Of a stretch of DNA of 64,000 nt, positions 37,280 through 52,100 are shown piece after piece; the first letter of the stretch is position 1, and every line of letters starts with the position of its first letter. Location: positions 64,232,001 to 64,296,000 of the forward strand of contig OZ024745.1 of the NCBI GenBank assembly GCA_964016885.1, given 5' to 3'. Source of the stretch: Eledone cirrhosa. Lineage: Eukaryota. The notes beneath the pieces were generated by a model that was given only the letters and a program-made list of their open reading frames with translations, did no database searches and had not been told where the DNA came from. The position numbers were made by a program, and so were the translations under genes.

Positions 37280-40200
37280 AATTATGTCCCCCTTTTTTTT
37301 ACAAATTATCTCCCCTTTTTTTTTAAAATTATCTCCCCCTGATTTTTTACAAATTATCTCCCCCTGATTTTTTTTATAAATTATCTCCCCGTTTTTTTTA
37401 CAAATTATCTCCTGATTTTTTTACAAATTATCTCCCCCTGTTTGTTTTACAAATTATCTTACCATGATTTTTTACAAATACCGCCCCCGATTGTTTTTTA
37501 CAAATCATCTCCCCCCTTTTTTTACACATTATCTCCCGTTTTATTTTACAAATTATCTCCCCGTTCTTTTTACAAATTATGTCCCTATTTTTTATTACTA
37601 ATTATCTCCCCGTTTTTTTACAAATTATCTCCCCCTCATTTTTTTACAAATTATCTCCCCCTTATTTTTTTACATATTATCTCCCCCTGATTTTTTTACA
37701 AATTATCTCGCCCTGATTTTTTTTAGAAATTATCTCCCCCTGTTTTATTTACAAATTATCTCTTCCTGTTTTTTTTACAAATTATCTCCCCTGTTTTTTT
37801 TTTACAAATTATCTCCCCTGATTTCATTTACAAATTATCTCTCCCTGATTTCCTTTACAAATTACGTCTCCCTGATTTTTTTTTTACAAATTAACTCCCC
37901 CTATTTTTTTTACAAATTATGTCCCCGTTCTTTTTACAAATTATCTCCCCGTTTTTTTACAAATTTTCCATTTTTTTTACAAATTATCTCCCCGTTTTTT
38001 TACAAATTATCTCCCCGTTTTTTTTACAAATTATCTCTTTCTGTTTTTTTAACAAATTATCCCCCCCTGTTTTTTTTTACAAATTATATCACCCTGATTT
38101 CTTTTACAAATTATCTCGAACTGTTTTTTTTACAAAGTATCTCCCCGTTTTTTACAAATTATCTCCCCCTGTTTTTTTTTACAAATTATCTCCACCGATT
38201 GTTTTTACAAATTATCTCTCCCTGATTGTTTTTACAAATTATCTCCCTTGATATTTTTTACAAATTATCTCGCCCTGATTTTTTTTTCGAATTATCTCCC
38301 CTTGTTTTTTTTACAAATTATCTCTTCCTGTTTTTCTTTACAAATTATCTCCCCCTGATTTCTTTTACAAATTATCTCCCCCTGTTTGTTTTACAAATTA
38401 TCTCCCCCTGATTTTTTTTACAAATTATCTCCCCCTGATTTTTTTTATAAATTATCTCCCCGTTTTTTTTACAAATTATCTCCTGATTTTTTTAACAAAT
38501 TATCTTCCCCTGATTTTTTACAAAAACCGCCCCCTGATTTTTTTTTTACAAATCATCTCCCCCCTTTATTTTACACATTATCTCCTGTATTTTTTACAAA
38601 TTATCTCCCGTTTTTTTTTACAACTTATCTCCCCCTTTTTTTTTTGCAAATTATGTCCCTATTTTTTATTACAAATTATCTCCCCGTTTTTTTACAAATT
38701 ATCTCTGCCAGATTTTCTTTACAAATTATCTGCCCCTCATTTTTTTACAAATTATCTCCCCCTTATTATTTTTACATATTATCTTCCCCTGATTTTTTTA
38801 CAAATTATATCGCCCTGATTTTTTTTAGAAATTATCTCCCCCTGTTTTATTTACAAATGATGTCTTCCTGTTTTTTTTACAAATTATCTCCCCTGTTTTT
38901 TTTTTACAAATTATCTCCCCTGATTTCATTTACAAATTATCTCTCCCTGATTTTTTTACAAATTATGTCCCCGTTTTTTTTACAAATTCTCCATTTATTC
39001 TACAAATTATCTCACCGTTTTTTTACAAATTATCTCTTCCTGTTTTTTTAACAAATTATCCCCCCCTGTTTTTTTTTACAAATTATCTCCCCCTTATTTT
39101 TTTTACAAATTATCTCCCCCTGATTTTTTTACAAATTATCTCCCCGATTTTTTTTACAAATTATCTCCCCCTTATTTTTTTTGTAAAAATTACCTCCCCC
39201 TGATTTTTTTTACAAATTATCTCCCCGTTTTTTTTACAAATTATGTCCCACTGATTTTTTTTTACAAACTATCTCCCCCTGATTTTTTACAAATTATCTC
39301 CCCCTGATTTTTTATACAAATTATCTCACCGTGATTTTTTTTACAAATTATCTCCACATTTTTTTTTACAAATTATCTCTTCCTGTTCTTTTAACAAATT
39401 ATCTCCCCCTTATTCTTTTTACAAATTATCTTCCCCTGATTTTTTTACAAATTATCTCCCCCTGTTTTTTTACAAATTATCTCCCCCTGATTTTTTTTAC
39501 AAATTATCTCCCCCGTTTTTTTTACAAATTATCTGTTTTCTTTACAAATTATCTCCGCGTTTTTTTTACAAATTATCTCCCCCTGTTTTTTTACAAATTA
39601 TGGCCCCGTTTTTTTTACAAATTATCTCACCATGATTTTTTTTACAAATTATCTCCCCCTGTTTTATTTACAAATTATCTCTTCCTGTTTTTTTTATGAA
39701 TTATCTCCCCCGTTTTTTTTTTACAAATTATCTCCCCTGATTTAATTTACAAATTATCTCTCCCTGATTTCTTTTACAAATTACGTCACCCTGATTTTTT
39801 TTTTACAAACTATCTCCCCGTTATTTTTACAAATTCTCTTCGTTTTTTTTTACAAATTATCTCCCCGTTTTTTTACAAATTATTTCCCTTTTTTTTTACA
39901 AATTATCTCCCCCTGATTTTTTACAAATTATGTCCCCCTGATTTTTTTTACAAATTATCTCCCCGTTTTTTTTACAAATTATCTCCCCCTGATTTTTTTA
40001 CAAATTATCTCCCCGATTTTTTTTACAAATTATCTCCTGATTTTTTTCACAAATTATCTCCGCCTGATTTTTTTACAAATTATCTCCCCCGTTTTTTTTA
40101 CAAATTATCTCCCTTTTTTTACAAATTACCTCCCCCTTTTTTTTACAAATTATCTCCACGTTTTTTTACAAATTATCTCCCCCTGTTTTTTTTACATATC

Positions 40201-43200
40201 TCCCTATTTTTTATTACAAATTATCTCCCCGTTTTTTTACAAATTATCTCTCCCTGATTTTTATTACAAATTATCTCCCCCTGATTGTTTTTACAAATGA
40301 TCTCCCCCTCATTTCTTTTACAAATTATCTCACCTTGATTTCTTTTACAAATTATCTCCCCCTGATTTTTTTTTTACAAATTATCTCCTCGTTTTTTAAA
40401 AAAATTATCTCCCCCTGATTTTTTTTACAAATTATCTCCACCGATTGTTTTTACCAATTATCTCCACCTCATTTTTTTTACAAATTATCTCCCCCTTATT
40501 TATTTTACAAATTATCTCCCCCGGATTTTTTTTATCAATTATCTCCCCGTTTTTTAAACAAATTATCTCCCCGTCTTTTTACAAATTATCTCCCCGTTTG
40601 TTTTACAAATTAACTCCTCCTGATTTTTTTACAAATTATCTCCCCCGGATTTTTCTTATGAATTATCTTCCCGTTATTTTACAATTTATCTCCGCGTCTT
40701 TTTACAAATTATCTCCCCCTGATTTTTTTTACAAATTATCTCCTGATTTTTTTACAAATTATCTCCCCCTGTTTTTTTTATAAATTATCTCCCCCTTATT
40801 TTTTTTACAAATTACCTCCCCCTGATTTTTTTTACAAATTATCTCCCCCTTTTTTTTACATATCTCATGTTTTTTTTACAAATTATGTCCCCCTTTTTTT
40901 TACAAATTATCTCCCCTTTTTTTTAAAAATTATCTCCCCCTGATTTTTTACAAATTATCTCCCCCTGATTTTTTTTATAAATTATCTCCCCGTTTTTTTT
41001 ACAAATTATCTCCTGATTTTTTTTACAAATTATCTCCCCCTGTTTGTTTTACAAATTATCTTACCATGATTTTTTACAAATACCGCCCCCGATTTTTTTT
41101 TACAAATCATCTCCCCCCTTTTTTTACACATTATCTCCTGTTTTTTTTACAAATTATCTCCCGTTTTATTTTACAAATTATCTCCCCGTTCTTTTTACAA
41201 ATTATGTCCCTATTTTTTATTACTAATTATCTCCCCGTTTTTTTACAAATTATCTCCCCCTCATTTTTTTACAAATTATCTCCCCCTTATTTTTTTACAT
41301 ATTATCTCCCCCTGATTTTTTTACAAATTATCTCGCCCTGATTTTTTTCAGAAATTATCTCCCCCTGTTTTATTTACAAATTATCTCTTCCTGTTTTTTT
41401 TACAAATTATCTCCCCTGTTTTTTTTTACAAATTATCTCCCCTGATTTCATTTACAAATTATCTCTCCCTGATTTCCTTTACAAATTACGTCTCCCTGAT
41501 TTTTTTTTTACAAATTAACTCCCCCTATTTTTTTTACAAATTATGTCCCCGTACTTTTTACAAATTATCTCCCCGTTTTTTTACAAATTTTCCATTTTTT
41601 TTACAAATTATCTCCCCGTTTTTTTACAAATTATCTCCCCGTATTTTTTACAAATTATCTCTTTCTGTTTTTTTAACAAATTATCCCCCCCTGTTTTTTT
41701 TTACAAATTATATCACCCTGATTTCTTTTACAAATTATCTCGAACTGTTTTTTTTACAAAGTATCTCCCCGTTTTTTACAAATTATCTCCCCCTGTTTTT
41801 TTTTACAAATTATCTCCACCGATTGTTTTTACAAATTATCTCTCCCTGATTGTTTTTACAAATTATCTCCCTTGATATTTTTTACAAATTATCTCGCCCT
41901 GATTTTTTTTTCGAATTATCTCCCCTTGTTTTTTTTACAAATTATCTCTTCCTGTTTTTCTTTACAAATTATCTCCCCCTGATTTCTTTTACAAATTATC
42001 TCCCCCTGTTTGTTTTACAAATTATCTCCCCCTGATTTTTTTTACAAATTATCTCCCCCTGATTTTTTTTATAAATTATCTCCCCGTTTTTTTTACAAAT
42101 TATCTCCTGATTTTTTTAACAAATTATCTTCCCCTGATTTTTTACAAAAACCGCTCCCTGATTTTTTTTTTACAAATCATCTCCCCCCTTTATTTTACAC
42201 ATTATCTCCTGTATTTTTTACAAATTATCTCCCGTTTTTTTTTACAACTTATCTGCCCCTTTTTTTTTTACAAATTATGTCCCTATTTTTTATTACAAAT
42301 TATCTCCCCGTTTTTTTACAAATTATCTCTCCCAGATTTTCTTTACAAATTATCTGCCCCTCATTTTTTTACAAATTATCTCCCCCTTATTTTTTTTACA
42401 TATTATCTTCCCCTGATTTTTTTACAAATTATATCGCCCTGATTTTTTTTAGAAATTATCTCCCCCTGCTTTATTTACAAATTATCTCTTCCTGTTTTTT
42501 TTACAAATTATCTCCCCTGTTTTTTTTTTACAAATTATCTCCCCTGATTTCATTTACAAATTATCTCTACCTGATTTCCTTTACAAATTATGTCTTCCTG
42601 ATTTTTTTTTTACAAATTATCTCCCCTGATTTCATTTACAAATTATCTCTCCCTGATTTTTTTACAAATTATGTCCCCGTTTTTTTACAAATTCTCCATT
42701 TTTTCTACAAATTATCTCCCCGTTTTTTTACAAATTATCTCTTTCTGTTTTTTTAACAAATTATCCCCCCCCTGTTTTTTTTTACAAATTATCTCCCCCT
42801 TATTTTTTTTACAAATTATCTCCCCGATTTTTTTTACAAATTATCTCCCCCTTATTTCTTTTGTAAAAATTACCTCCCCCTGATTTTTTTTACAAATTAT
42901 CTCCCCGTTTTTTTTACAAATTATGTCCCACTGATTTTTTTTTACAAACTATCTCCCCCTGATTTTTTACAAATTATCTCCCCCTGATTTTTTATACAAA
43001 TTATCTCACCGTGATTTTTTTTACAAATTATCTCCACATTTTTTTTTACAAATTATCTCTTCCTGTTCTTTTAACAAATTATCTCCCCCTTATTCTTTTT
43101 ACAAATTATCTTCCCCTGATTTTTTTACAAATTATCTCCCCCTGTTTTTTTACAAATTATCTCCCCCTGATTTTTTTTACAAATTATCTCCCCCGTTTTT

Positions 43201-43800
43201 TTTACAAATTATCTGTTTTCTTTACAAATTATCTCCGCGTTTTTTTTACAAATTATCTCCCCCTGTTCTTTTACAAATTATGGCCCCGTTTTTTTTACAA
43301 ATTATCTCACCATGATTTTTTTTACAAATTATCTCCCCCTGTTTTATTTACAAATTATCTCTTCCTGTTTTTTTTATGAATTATCTCCCCCGTTTTTTTT
43401 TTACAAATTAACTCCCCTGATTTAATTTACAAATTATCTCTCCCTGATTTCTTTTACAAATTACGTCCCCCTGATTTTTTTTTACAAACTATCTCCCCGT
43501 TTTTTTTACAAATTCTCTTCGTTTTTTTTTACAAATTATCTCCCCGTTTTTTTACAAATTATTTCCCTTTTTTTTTACAAATTATCTCCCCCTGATTTTT
43601 TACAAATTATGTCCCCCTGATTTTTTTCACAAATTATCTCCCCGTTTTTTTTACAAATTATCTCCCCCTGATTTTTTTACAAATTATCTCCCCGATTTTT
43701 TTTACAAATTATCTCCTGATTTTTTTCACAAATTATCTCCGCCTGATTTTTTTACAAATTATCTCCCCCGTTTTTTTTACAAATTATCTCCCTTTTTTTT
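37280..43800 (+). repeat. ~3.6-kb offset duplication within the satellite
   Basis: Translations at 37919/41543, 38226/41850 and 38386/42010 (offset 3,624), and 39331/43011 (3,680). Boundaries approximate. Confidence 0.8.
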
Positions 43801-46800
43801 ACAAATTACCTCCCCCTTTTTTTTACAAATTATCTCCCCGTCTTTTTACAAATTATCTCCCCCTGATTTTTTTTAAAAATTATCTCCTGATTTTTTTACA
43901 AATTATCTCCCCCTGTTTTTTTTATAAATTATCTCCCCCTTATTTTTTTTACAAATTACCTCCCGCTGATTTTTTTTACAAATTATCTCCCCCTTTTTTT
44001 TACATATCTCATGTTTTTTTTACAAATTATCACCACGTTTTTTTCACAAATTATTTCCCCTTTTTTTACAAACTATCTCTCCCTGATTTTTATTACAAAT
44101 TATCTCCCCCTGATTATTTTTACAAATTATCTCCCCCTTATTTCTTTTACAAATGATCTCCACCTGATTTTTGTTACAAATTATCTCCCCTTGATTTCTT
44201 TTACAAATTATCTCCCCCTGATTTTTTTTTACAAATTTTCTCCCCGTTTTTTTTAAAATTATCTCCCTCTGATTTTTTTTACAAATTATCTCCACCGATT
44301 GTTTTTACCAATTATCTCTCCCTCATTTTTTTTACAAATTATCTCCCCCTTATTTTTTTAATAAATTATCTCCCCCTGATTTTTTTTACAAATTATCTCC
44401 CCCGGAATTTTTTACAAATTATCTCCCCGTTTTTTTAAAAATTATCTCCCTCTGAATTTTTTTACAAATTATCTCCACCGATTGTTTTTACCAATTATCT
44501 CCACCTCATTTTTTTTACAAATTATCACCCCTTATTTATTTTACAAATTATCTCCCCCGGATTTTTTTTATCAATTATCTCCCCGTTTGTTAAACAAATT
44601 ATCTCCCCATCTTTTTACAAATTATCTCCCCGTTTGTTTTACAAATTAACTCCTCCTGATTTTTTTACAAATTATCTCCCCCGGATTTTTCTTATGAATT
44701 ATCTCCCCGTTATTTTACAATTTATCTCCCCGTCTTTTTACAAATTATCTCCTCCTGTTTTTTTTACATATCTCCCTATTTTTTATTACAAATTATCTCC
44801 CCGTTTTTTTACAAATTATCTCTCCCTGATTTTTATTACAAATTATCTCCCCCTGATTGTTTTTACAAATGATCTCCCCCTCATTTCTTTTACAAATTAT
44901 CTCACCTTGATTTATTTTACAAATTATCTCCCCCTGATTTTTTTTTTACAAATTATCTCCTCGTTTTTTAAAAAAATTATCTCCCCCTGATTTTTTTTAC
45001 AAATTATCTCCACCGATTGTTTTTACCAATTATCTCCACCTCATTTTTTTTACAAATTATCTCCCCCTTATTTATTTTACAAATTATCTCCCCCGGATTT
45101 TTTTTATCAATTATCTCCCCGTTTTTTAAACAAATTATCTCCCCGTCTTTTTACAAATTATCTCCCCGTTTGTTTTACAAATTAACTCCTCCTGATTTTT
45201 TTACAAATTATCTCCCCCGGATTTTTCTTATGAATTATCTCCCCGTTATTTTACAATTTATCTCCGCGTCTTTTTACAAATTATCTCCCCCTGATTTTTT
45301 TTACAAATTATCTCCAGATTTTTTTACAAATTATCTCCCCCTGTTTTTTTTATAAATTATCTCCCCCTTATTTTTTTTACAAATTACCTCCCCCTGATTT
45401 TTTTAACAAATTATCTCCCCCTTTTTTTTACATATCTCATGTTTTTTTTACAAATTATGTTCACGTTTTTTTTACAAATTATCTCCCCCTGTTTTTTTTA
45501 CAAATTATCTCCCCTTTTTTTACAAACTATCTCTCCCTGATTTTTATTACAAATTATCTCCCCCTGATTATTTTTACAAATTATCTCCCCCTTATTTCTT
45601 TTACAAATGATCTCCACCTGATTTTTGTTACAAATTATCTCCCCTTGATTTCTTTTACAAATTATCTCCCCCTGATTTTTTTTTACAAATTATCTCCCCG
45701 TTTTTTTTTTAAATTATCTCCCTCTGATTTTTTTTACAAATTATCTCCACCGATTGTTTTTACCAATTATCTCCACCTCATTTTTTTTACAAATTATCAC
45801 CCCTTATTTATTTTACAAATTAACTCCCGCGGATTTTTTTTCTCAATTATCTCCCCGTTTTTTAAACAAATTATCTCCCCGTCTTTTTACAAATTATCTC
45901 CCCGTTTGTTTTACAAATTAACTCCTCCTGATTTTTTTACAAATTATCTCCCCCGGATTTTTCTTATGAATTATCTCCCCGTTATTTTACAATTTATCTC
46001 CCCGTCTTTTTACAAATTATCTCCCCCTGATTTTTTTTACAAATTATCTCCCCCTGTTTTTTTTATAAATTATCTCCCCCTTATTTTTTTTACAAATTAC
46101 CTCCCGCTGATTTTTTTTACAAATTATCTCCCCCTTTTTTTTACATATCTCATGTTTTTTTTACAAATTATCACTACGTTTTTTTTACAAATTATTTCCC
46201 CTTTTTTTACAAACTATCTCTCCCTGATTTTTATTACAAATTATCTCCCCCTGATTATTTTTACAAATTATCTCCCCCTTATTTCTTTTACAAATGATCT
46301 CCACCTGATTTTTGTTACAAATTATCTCCCCTTGATTTCTTTTACAAATTATCTCCCCCTGATTTTTTTTTACAAATTTTCTCCCCGTTTTTTTTTAAAT
46401 TATCTCCCTCTGATTTTTTTTACAAATTATCTCCACCGATTGTTTTTACCAATTATCTCTCCCTCATTTTTTTTACAAATTATCTCCCCCTTATTTTTTT
46501 AATAAATTATCTCCCCCTGATTTTTTTTACAAATTATCTCCCCCGGAATTTTTTACAAATTATCTACCCGTTTTTTTAAAAATTATCTCCCTCTGATTTT
46601 TTTTACAAATTATCTCCACCGATTGTTTTTACCAATTATCTCCACCTCATTTTTTTTACAAATTATCACCCCTTATTTATTTTACAAATTATCTCCCCCG
46701 GATTTTTTTTATCAATTATCTCCCCGTTTGTTAAACAAATTATCTCCCCGTCTTTTTACAAATTATCTCCCCGTTTGTTTTACAAATTAACTCCTCCTGA

Positions 46801-49800
46801 TTTTTTTACAAATTATCTCCCCCGGATTTTTCTTATGAATTATCTCCCCGTTATTTTACAATTTATCTCCCCGTCTTTTTACAAATTATCTCCCCCTGAT
46901 TTTTTTTACAAATTATCTCCTGATTTTTTTACAAATTATCTCCCCCTGTTTTTTTTATAAATTATCTCCCCCTTATTTTTTTTACAAATTACCTCCCGCT
47001 GATTTTTTTTACAAATTATCTCCCCCTTTTTTTTACATATCTCATGTTTTTTTTACAAATTATCACCACGTTTTTTTTACAAATTATTTCCCCTTTTTTT
47101 ACAAACTATCTCTCCCTGATTTTTATTACAAATTATCTCCCCTTGATTATTTTTACAAATTATCTCCCCCGGAATTTTTTATGAATTATCACCCCGTTTT
47201 TTTTTTAAATTATCTCCCCCTGCTTGTTTTACAAGTTAATTCTGATTTTTTTACAAATTATCTCCCCCGTTTTTTTTACAAATTATCTCCCCCTTTTTTT
47301 TTACAAATTACATCCCCCTTATTTTTACAAATTATCTCCACGTTTTTTTACAAATTATCTCCCCCTGTTTTTTTTACATATCTCCCTATTTTTTATTACA
47401 AATTATCTCCCCGTTTTTTTACAAATTATCTCCACCGATTGTTTTTACCAATTATCTCCCCCTCATTTTTTTTACAAATTATCTCCCCCTTATTTATTTT
47501 ACAAATTATCTCCTCCTGATTTTTTTTTTACAAATTATCTCCCCGTTTTTTAAAAAAATTATCTCCCCCTGATTTTTTTAACAAATTATCTCCACCGATT
47601 GTTTTTACCAATTATCTCCCCCTCATTTTTTTTACAAATTATCTCCCCCTTATTTATTTTACAAATTATCTCCCCCGGATTTTTTTTATCAATTATCTCC
47701 CCGTTTTTTAAACAAATTATCTCCCCGTCTTTTTACAAATTATCTCCCCGTTTGTTTTACAAATTAACTCCTCCTGATTTTTTTACAAATTATCTCCCCC
47801 GGATTTTTTTTAAGAATTATCTCCCCGTTATTTTACAATTTATCTCCCCGTCTTTTTGCAAATTATCTCCCCCTGATTTTTTTACAAATTATCTCCCCCT
47901 GTTTTTTTACAAATTATCTCCCCCTGATTTTTTTTACAAATTATCTCCCCCGTTTTTTTTACAAATTATCTGTTTTCTTTACAAATTATCTCCGCGTTTT
48001 TTTTACAAATTATCTCCCCCTGTTCTTTTACAAATTATGGCCCCGTTTTTTTTACAAATTATCTCACCATGATTTTTTTTACAAATTATCTCCCCCTGTT
48101 TTATTTACAAATTATCTCTTCCTGTTTTTTTTATGAATTATCTCCCCCGTTTTTTTTTTACAAATTAACTCCCCTGATTTAATTTACAAATTATCTCTCC
48201 CTGATTTCTTTTACAAATTACCTCCCCCTGATTTTTTTTTTACAAACTATCTCCCCGTTTTTTTTACAAATTCTCTTCGTTTTTTTTTACAAATTATCTC
48301 CCCGTTTTTTTACAAATTATTTCCCATTTTTTTTACAAATTATCTCCACCTGATTTTTTACAAATTATGTCCCCCTGATTTTTTTTACAAATTATCTCCC
48401 CGTTTTTTTTACAAATTATCTCCCCCTGATTTTTTTACAAATTATCTCCCCGATTTTTTTTACAAATTATCTCCTGATTTTTTTCACAAATTATCTCCGC
48501 CTGATTTTTTTACAAATTATCTCCCCCGTTTTTTTTACAAATTATCTCCCTTTTTTTTACAAATTACCTCCCCCTTTTTTTTACAAATTATCTCCCCGTC
48601 CTTTTACAAATTATCTCCCCCTGATTTTTTTTACAAATTATCTCCTGATTTTTTTACAAATTATCTCCCCCTGTTTTTTTTATAAATTATCTCCCCCTTA
48701 TTTTTTTTACAAATTACCTCCCGCTGATTTTTTTTACAAATTATCTCCCCCTTTTTTTTACATATCTCATGTTTTTTTTAAAAATTATCACCACGTTTTT
48801 TTTACAAATTATTTCCCCTTTTTTTACAAACTATCTCTCCCTGATTTTTATTACAAATTATCTCCCCCTGATTATTTTTACAAATTATCTCCCCCTGATT
48901 TTTTTTATAAATTATCTCCACGTTTTTTTTACAAATTATCTCCTGATTTTTTTAACAAATTATCTTCCCCTGATTTTTTACAAAAACCGCCCCCTGATTT
49001 TTTTTTACAAATCATCTCCCCCCTTTATTTTACACATTATCTCCTGTATTTTTTACAAATTATCTCCCGTTTTTTTTTACAACTTATCTCCCCCTTTTTT
49101 TTTTACAAATTATGTCCCTATTTTTTATTACAAATTATCTCCCCGTTTTTTTACAAATTATCTCTCCCAGATTTTCTTTACAAATGATCTGCCCCTCATT
49201 TTTTTACAAATTATCTCCCCCTTATTTTTTTTACATATTATCTTCCCCTGATTTTTTTACAAATTATATCGCCCTGATTTTTTTTAGAAATTATCTCCCC
49301 CTGTTTTATTTACAAATTATCTCTTCCTGTTTTTTTTACAAATTATCTCCCCTGTTTTTTTTTTACAAATTATCTCCCCTGATTTCATTTACAAATTATC
49401 TCTACCTGATTTCCTTTACAAATTATGTCTTCCTGATTTTTTTTTTACAAATTATCTCCCCTGATTTCATTTACAAATTATCTCTCCCTGATTTTTTTAC
49501 AAATTATGTCCCCGTTTTTTTACAAATTCTCCATTTTTTCTACAAATTATCTCCCCGTTTTTTTACAAATTATCTCTTCCTGTTTTTTTAACAAATTATC
49601 CCCCCCTGTTTTTTTTTACAAATTATCTCCCCCTTATTTTTTTTACAAATTATCTCCCCGATTTTTTTTACAAATTATCTCCCCCTTATTTCTTTTGTAA
49701 AAATTACCTCCCCCTGATTTTTTTTACAAATTATCTCCCCGTTTTTTTTACAAATTATGTCCCACTGATTTTATTTTACAAACTATCTCCCCCTGATTTT

Positions 49801-52100
49801 TTACAAATTATCTCCCCCTGATTTTTTATACAAATTTTCTCACCGTGATTTTTTTTACAAATTATCTCCACATTTTTTTTTACAAATTATCTCTTCCTGT
49901 TCTTTTAACAAATTATCTCCCCCTTATTCTTTTTACAAATTATCTTCCCCTGATTTTTTTACAAATTATCTCCCCCTGTTTTTTTACAAATTATCTCCCC
50001 CTGATTTTTTTTACAAATTATCTCCCCCGTTTTTTTTACAAATTATCTGTTTTCTTTACAAATTATCTCCGCGTTTTTTTTACAAATTATCTCCCCCTGT
50101 TCTTTTACAAATTATGGCCCCGTTTTTTTTACAAATTATCTCACCATGATTTTTTTTACAAATTATCTCCCCCTGTTTTATTTACAAATTATCTCTTCCT
50201 GTTTTTTTTATGAATTATCTCCCCCGTTTTTTTTTTACAAATTAACTCCCCTGATTTAATTTACAAATTATCTCTCCCTGATTTCTTTTACAAATTACGT
50301 CCCCCTGATTTTTTTTTTACAAACTATCTCCCCGTTTTTTTTACAAATTCTCTTCGTTTTTTTTTACAAATTATCTCCCCGTTTTTTTACAAATTATTTC
50401 CCTTTTTTTTACAAATTATCTCCCCCTGATTTTTTACAAATTATGTCCCCCTGATTTTATTTACAAATTATCTCCCCGTTTTTTTTACAAATTATCTCCC
50501 CCTGATTTTTTTACAAATTATCTCCCCGATTTTTTTTACAAATTATCTCCTGATTTTTTTCACAAATTATCTCCGCCTGATTTTTTTACAAATTATCTCC
50601 CCCGTTTTTTTTACAAATTATCTCCCTTTTTTTTACAAATTACCTCCCCCTTTTTTTTACAAATTATCTCCCCGTCTTTTTACAAATTATCTCCCCCTGA
50701 TTTTTTTTACAAATTATCTCCTGATTTTTTTACAAATTATCTCCCCCTGTTTTTTTTATAAATTATCTCCCCCTTATTTTTTTTACAAATTACCTCCCGC
50801 TGATTTTTTTTACAAATTATCTCCCCCTTTTTTTACATATCTCATGTTTTTTTTACAAATTATCACCACGTTTTTTTTACAAATTATTTCCCCTTTTTTT
50901 ACAAACTATCTCTCCCTGATTTTTATTACAAATTATCTCCCCCTGATTATTTTTACAAATTATCTCCCCCTTATTTCTTTTACAAATGATCTCCACCTGA
51001 TTTTTGTTACAAATTATTTCCCCTTGATTTCTTTTACAAATTATCTCCCCCTGATTTTTTTTTACAAATTTTCTCCCCGTTTTTTTTAAAATTATCTCCC
51101 TCTGATTTTTTTTACAAATTATCTCCACCGATTGTTTTTACCAATTATCTCTCCCTCATTTCTTTTACAAATTATCTCCCCCTTATTTTTTTAATAAATT
51201 ATCTCCCCCTGATTTTTTTTACAAATTATCTCCCCCGGAATTTTTTACAAATTATCTCCCCGTTTTTTTAAAAATTATCTCCCTCTGATCTTTTTTACAA
51301 ATTATCTCCACCGATTGTTTTTACCAATTATCTCCACCTCATTTTTTTTACAAATTATCACCCCTTATTTATTTTACAAATTATCTCCCCCGGATTTTTT
51401 TTATCAATTATCTCCCCGTTTGTTAAACAAATTATCTCCCCATCTTTTTACAAATTATCTCCCCGTTTGTTTTACAAATTAACTCCTCCTGATTTTTTTA
51501 CAAATTATCTCCCCCGGATTTTTCTTATGAATTATCTCCCCGTTATTTTACAATTTATCTCCCCGTCTTTTTACAAATTATCTCCCCCTGTTTTTTTTTA
51601 CATATCTCCCTATTTTTTATTACAAATTATCTCCCCGTTTTTTTACAAATTATCTCTCCCTGATTTTTATTACAAATTATCTCCCCCTGATTGTTTTTAC
51701 AAATGATCTCCCCCTCATTTCTTTTACAAATTATCTCACCTTGATTTCTTTTACAAATTATCTCCCCCTGATTTTTTTTTTACAAATTATCTCCTCGTTT
51801 TTTAAAAAAATTATCTCCCCCTGATTTTTTTTACAAATTATCTCCACCGATTGTTTTTACCAATTATCTCCACCTCATTTTTTTTACAAATTATCTCCCC
51901 CTTATTTATTTTACAAATTATCTCCCCCGGATTTTTTTTATCAATTATCTCCCCGTTTTTTAAACAAATTATCTCCCCGTCTTTTTACAAATTATCTCCC
52001 CGTTTGTTTTACAAATTAACTCCTCCTGATTTTTTTACAAATTATCTCCCCCGGATTTTTCTTATGAATTATCTCCCCGTTATTTTACAATTTATCTCCG
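42060..52100 (+). repeat. ~6.83-kb offset duplication within the satellite
   Basis: Translations at 43011/49845, 44011/50844, 44634/51467 and 45017/51851 (offset 6,833-6,834). Boundaries approximate. Confidence 0.8.
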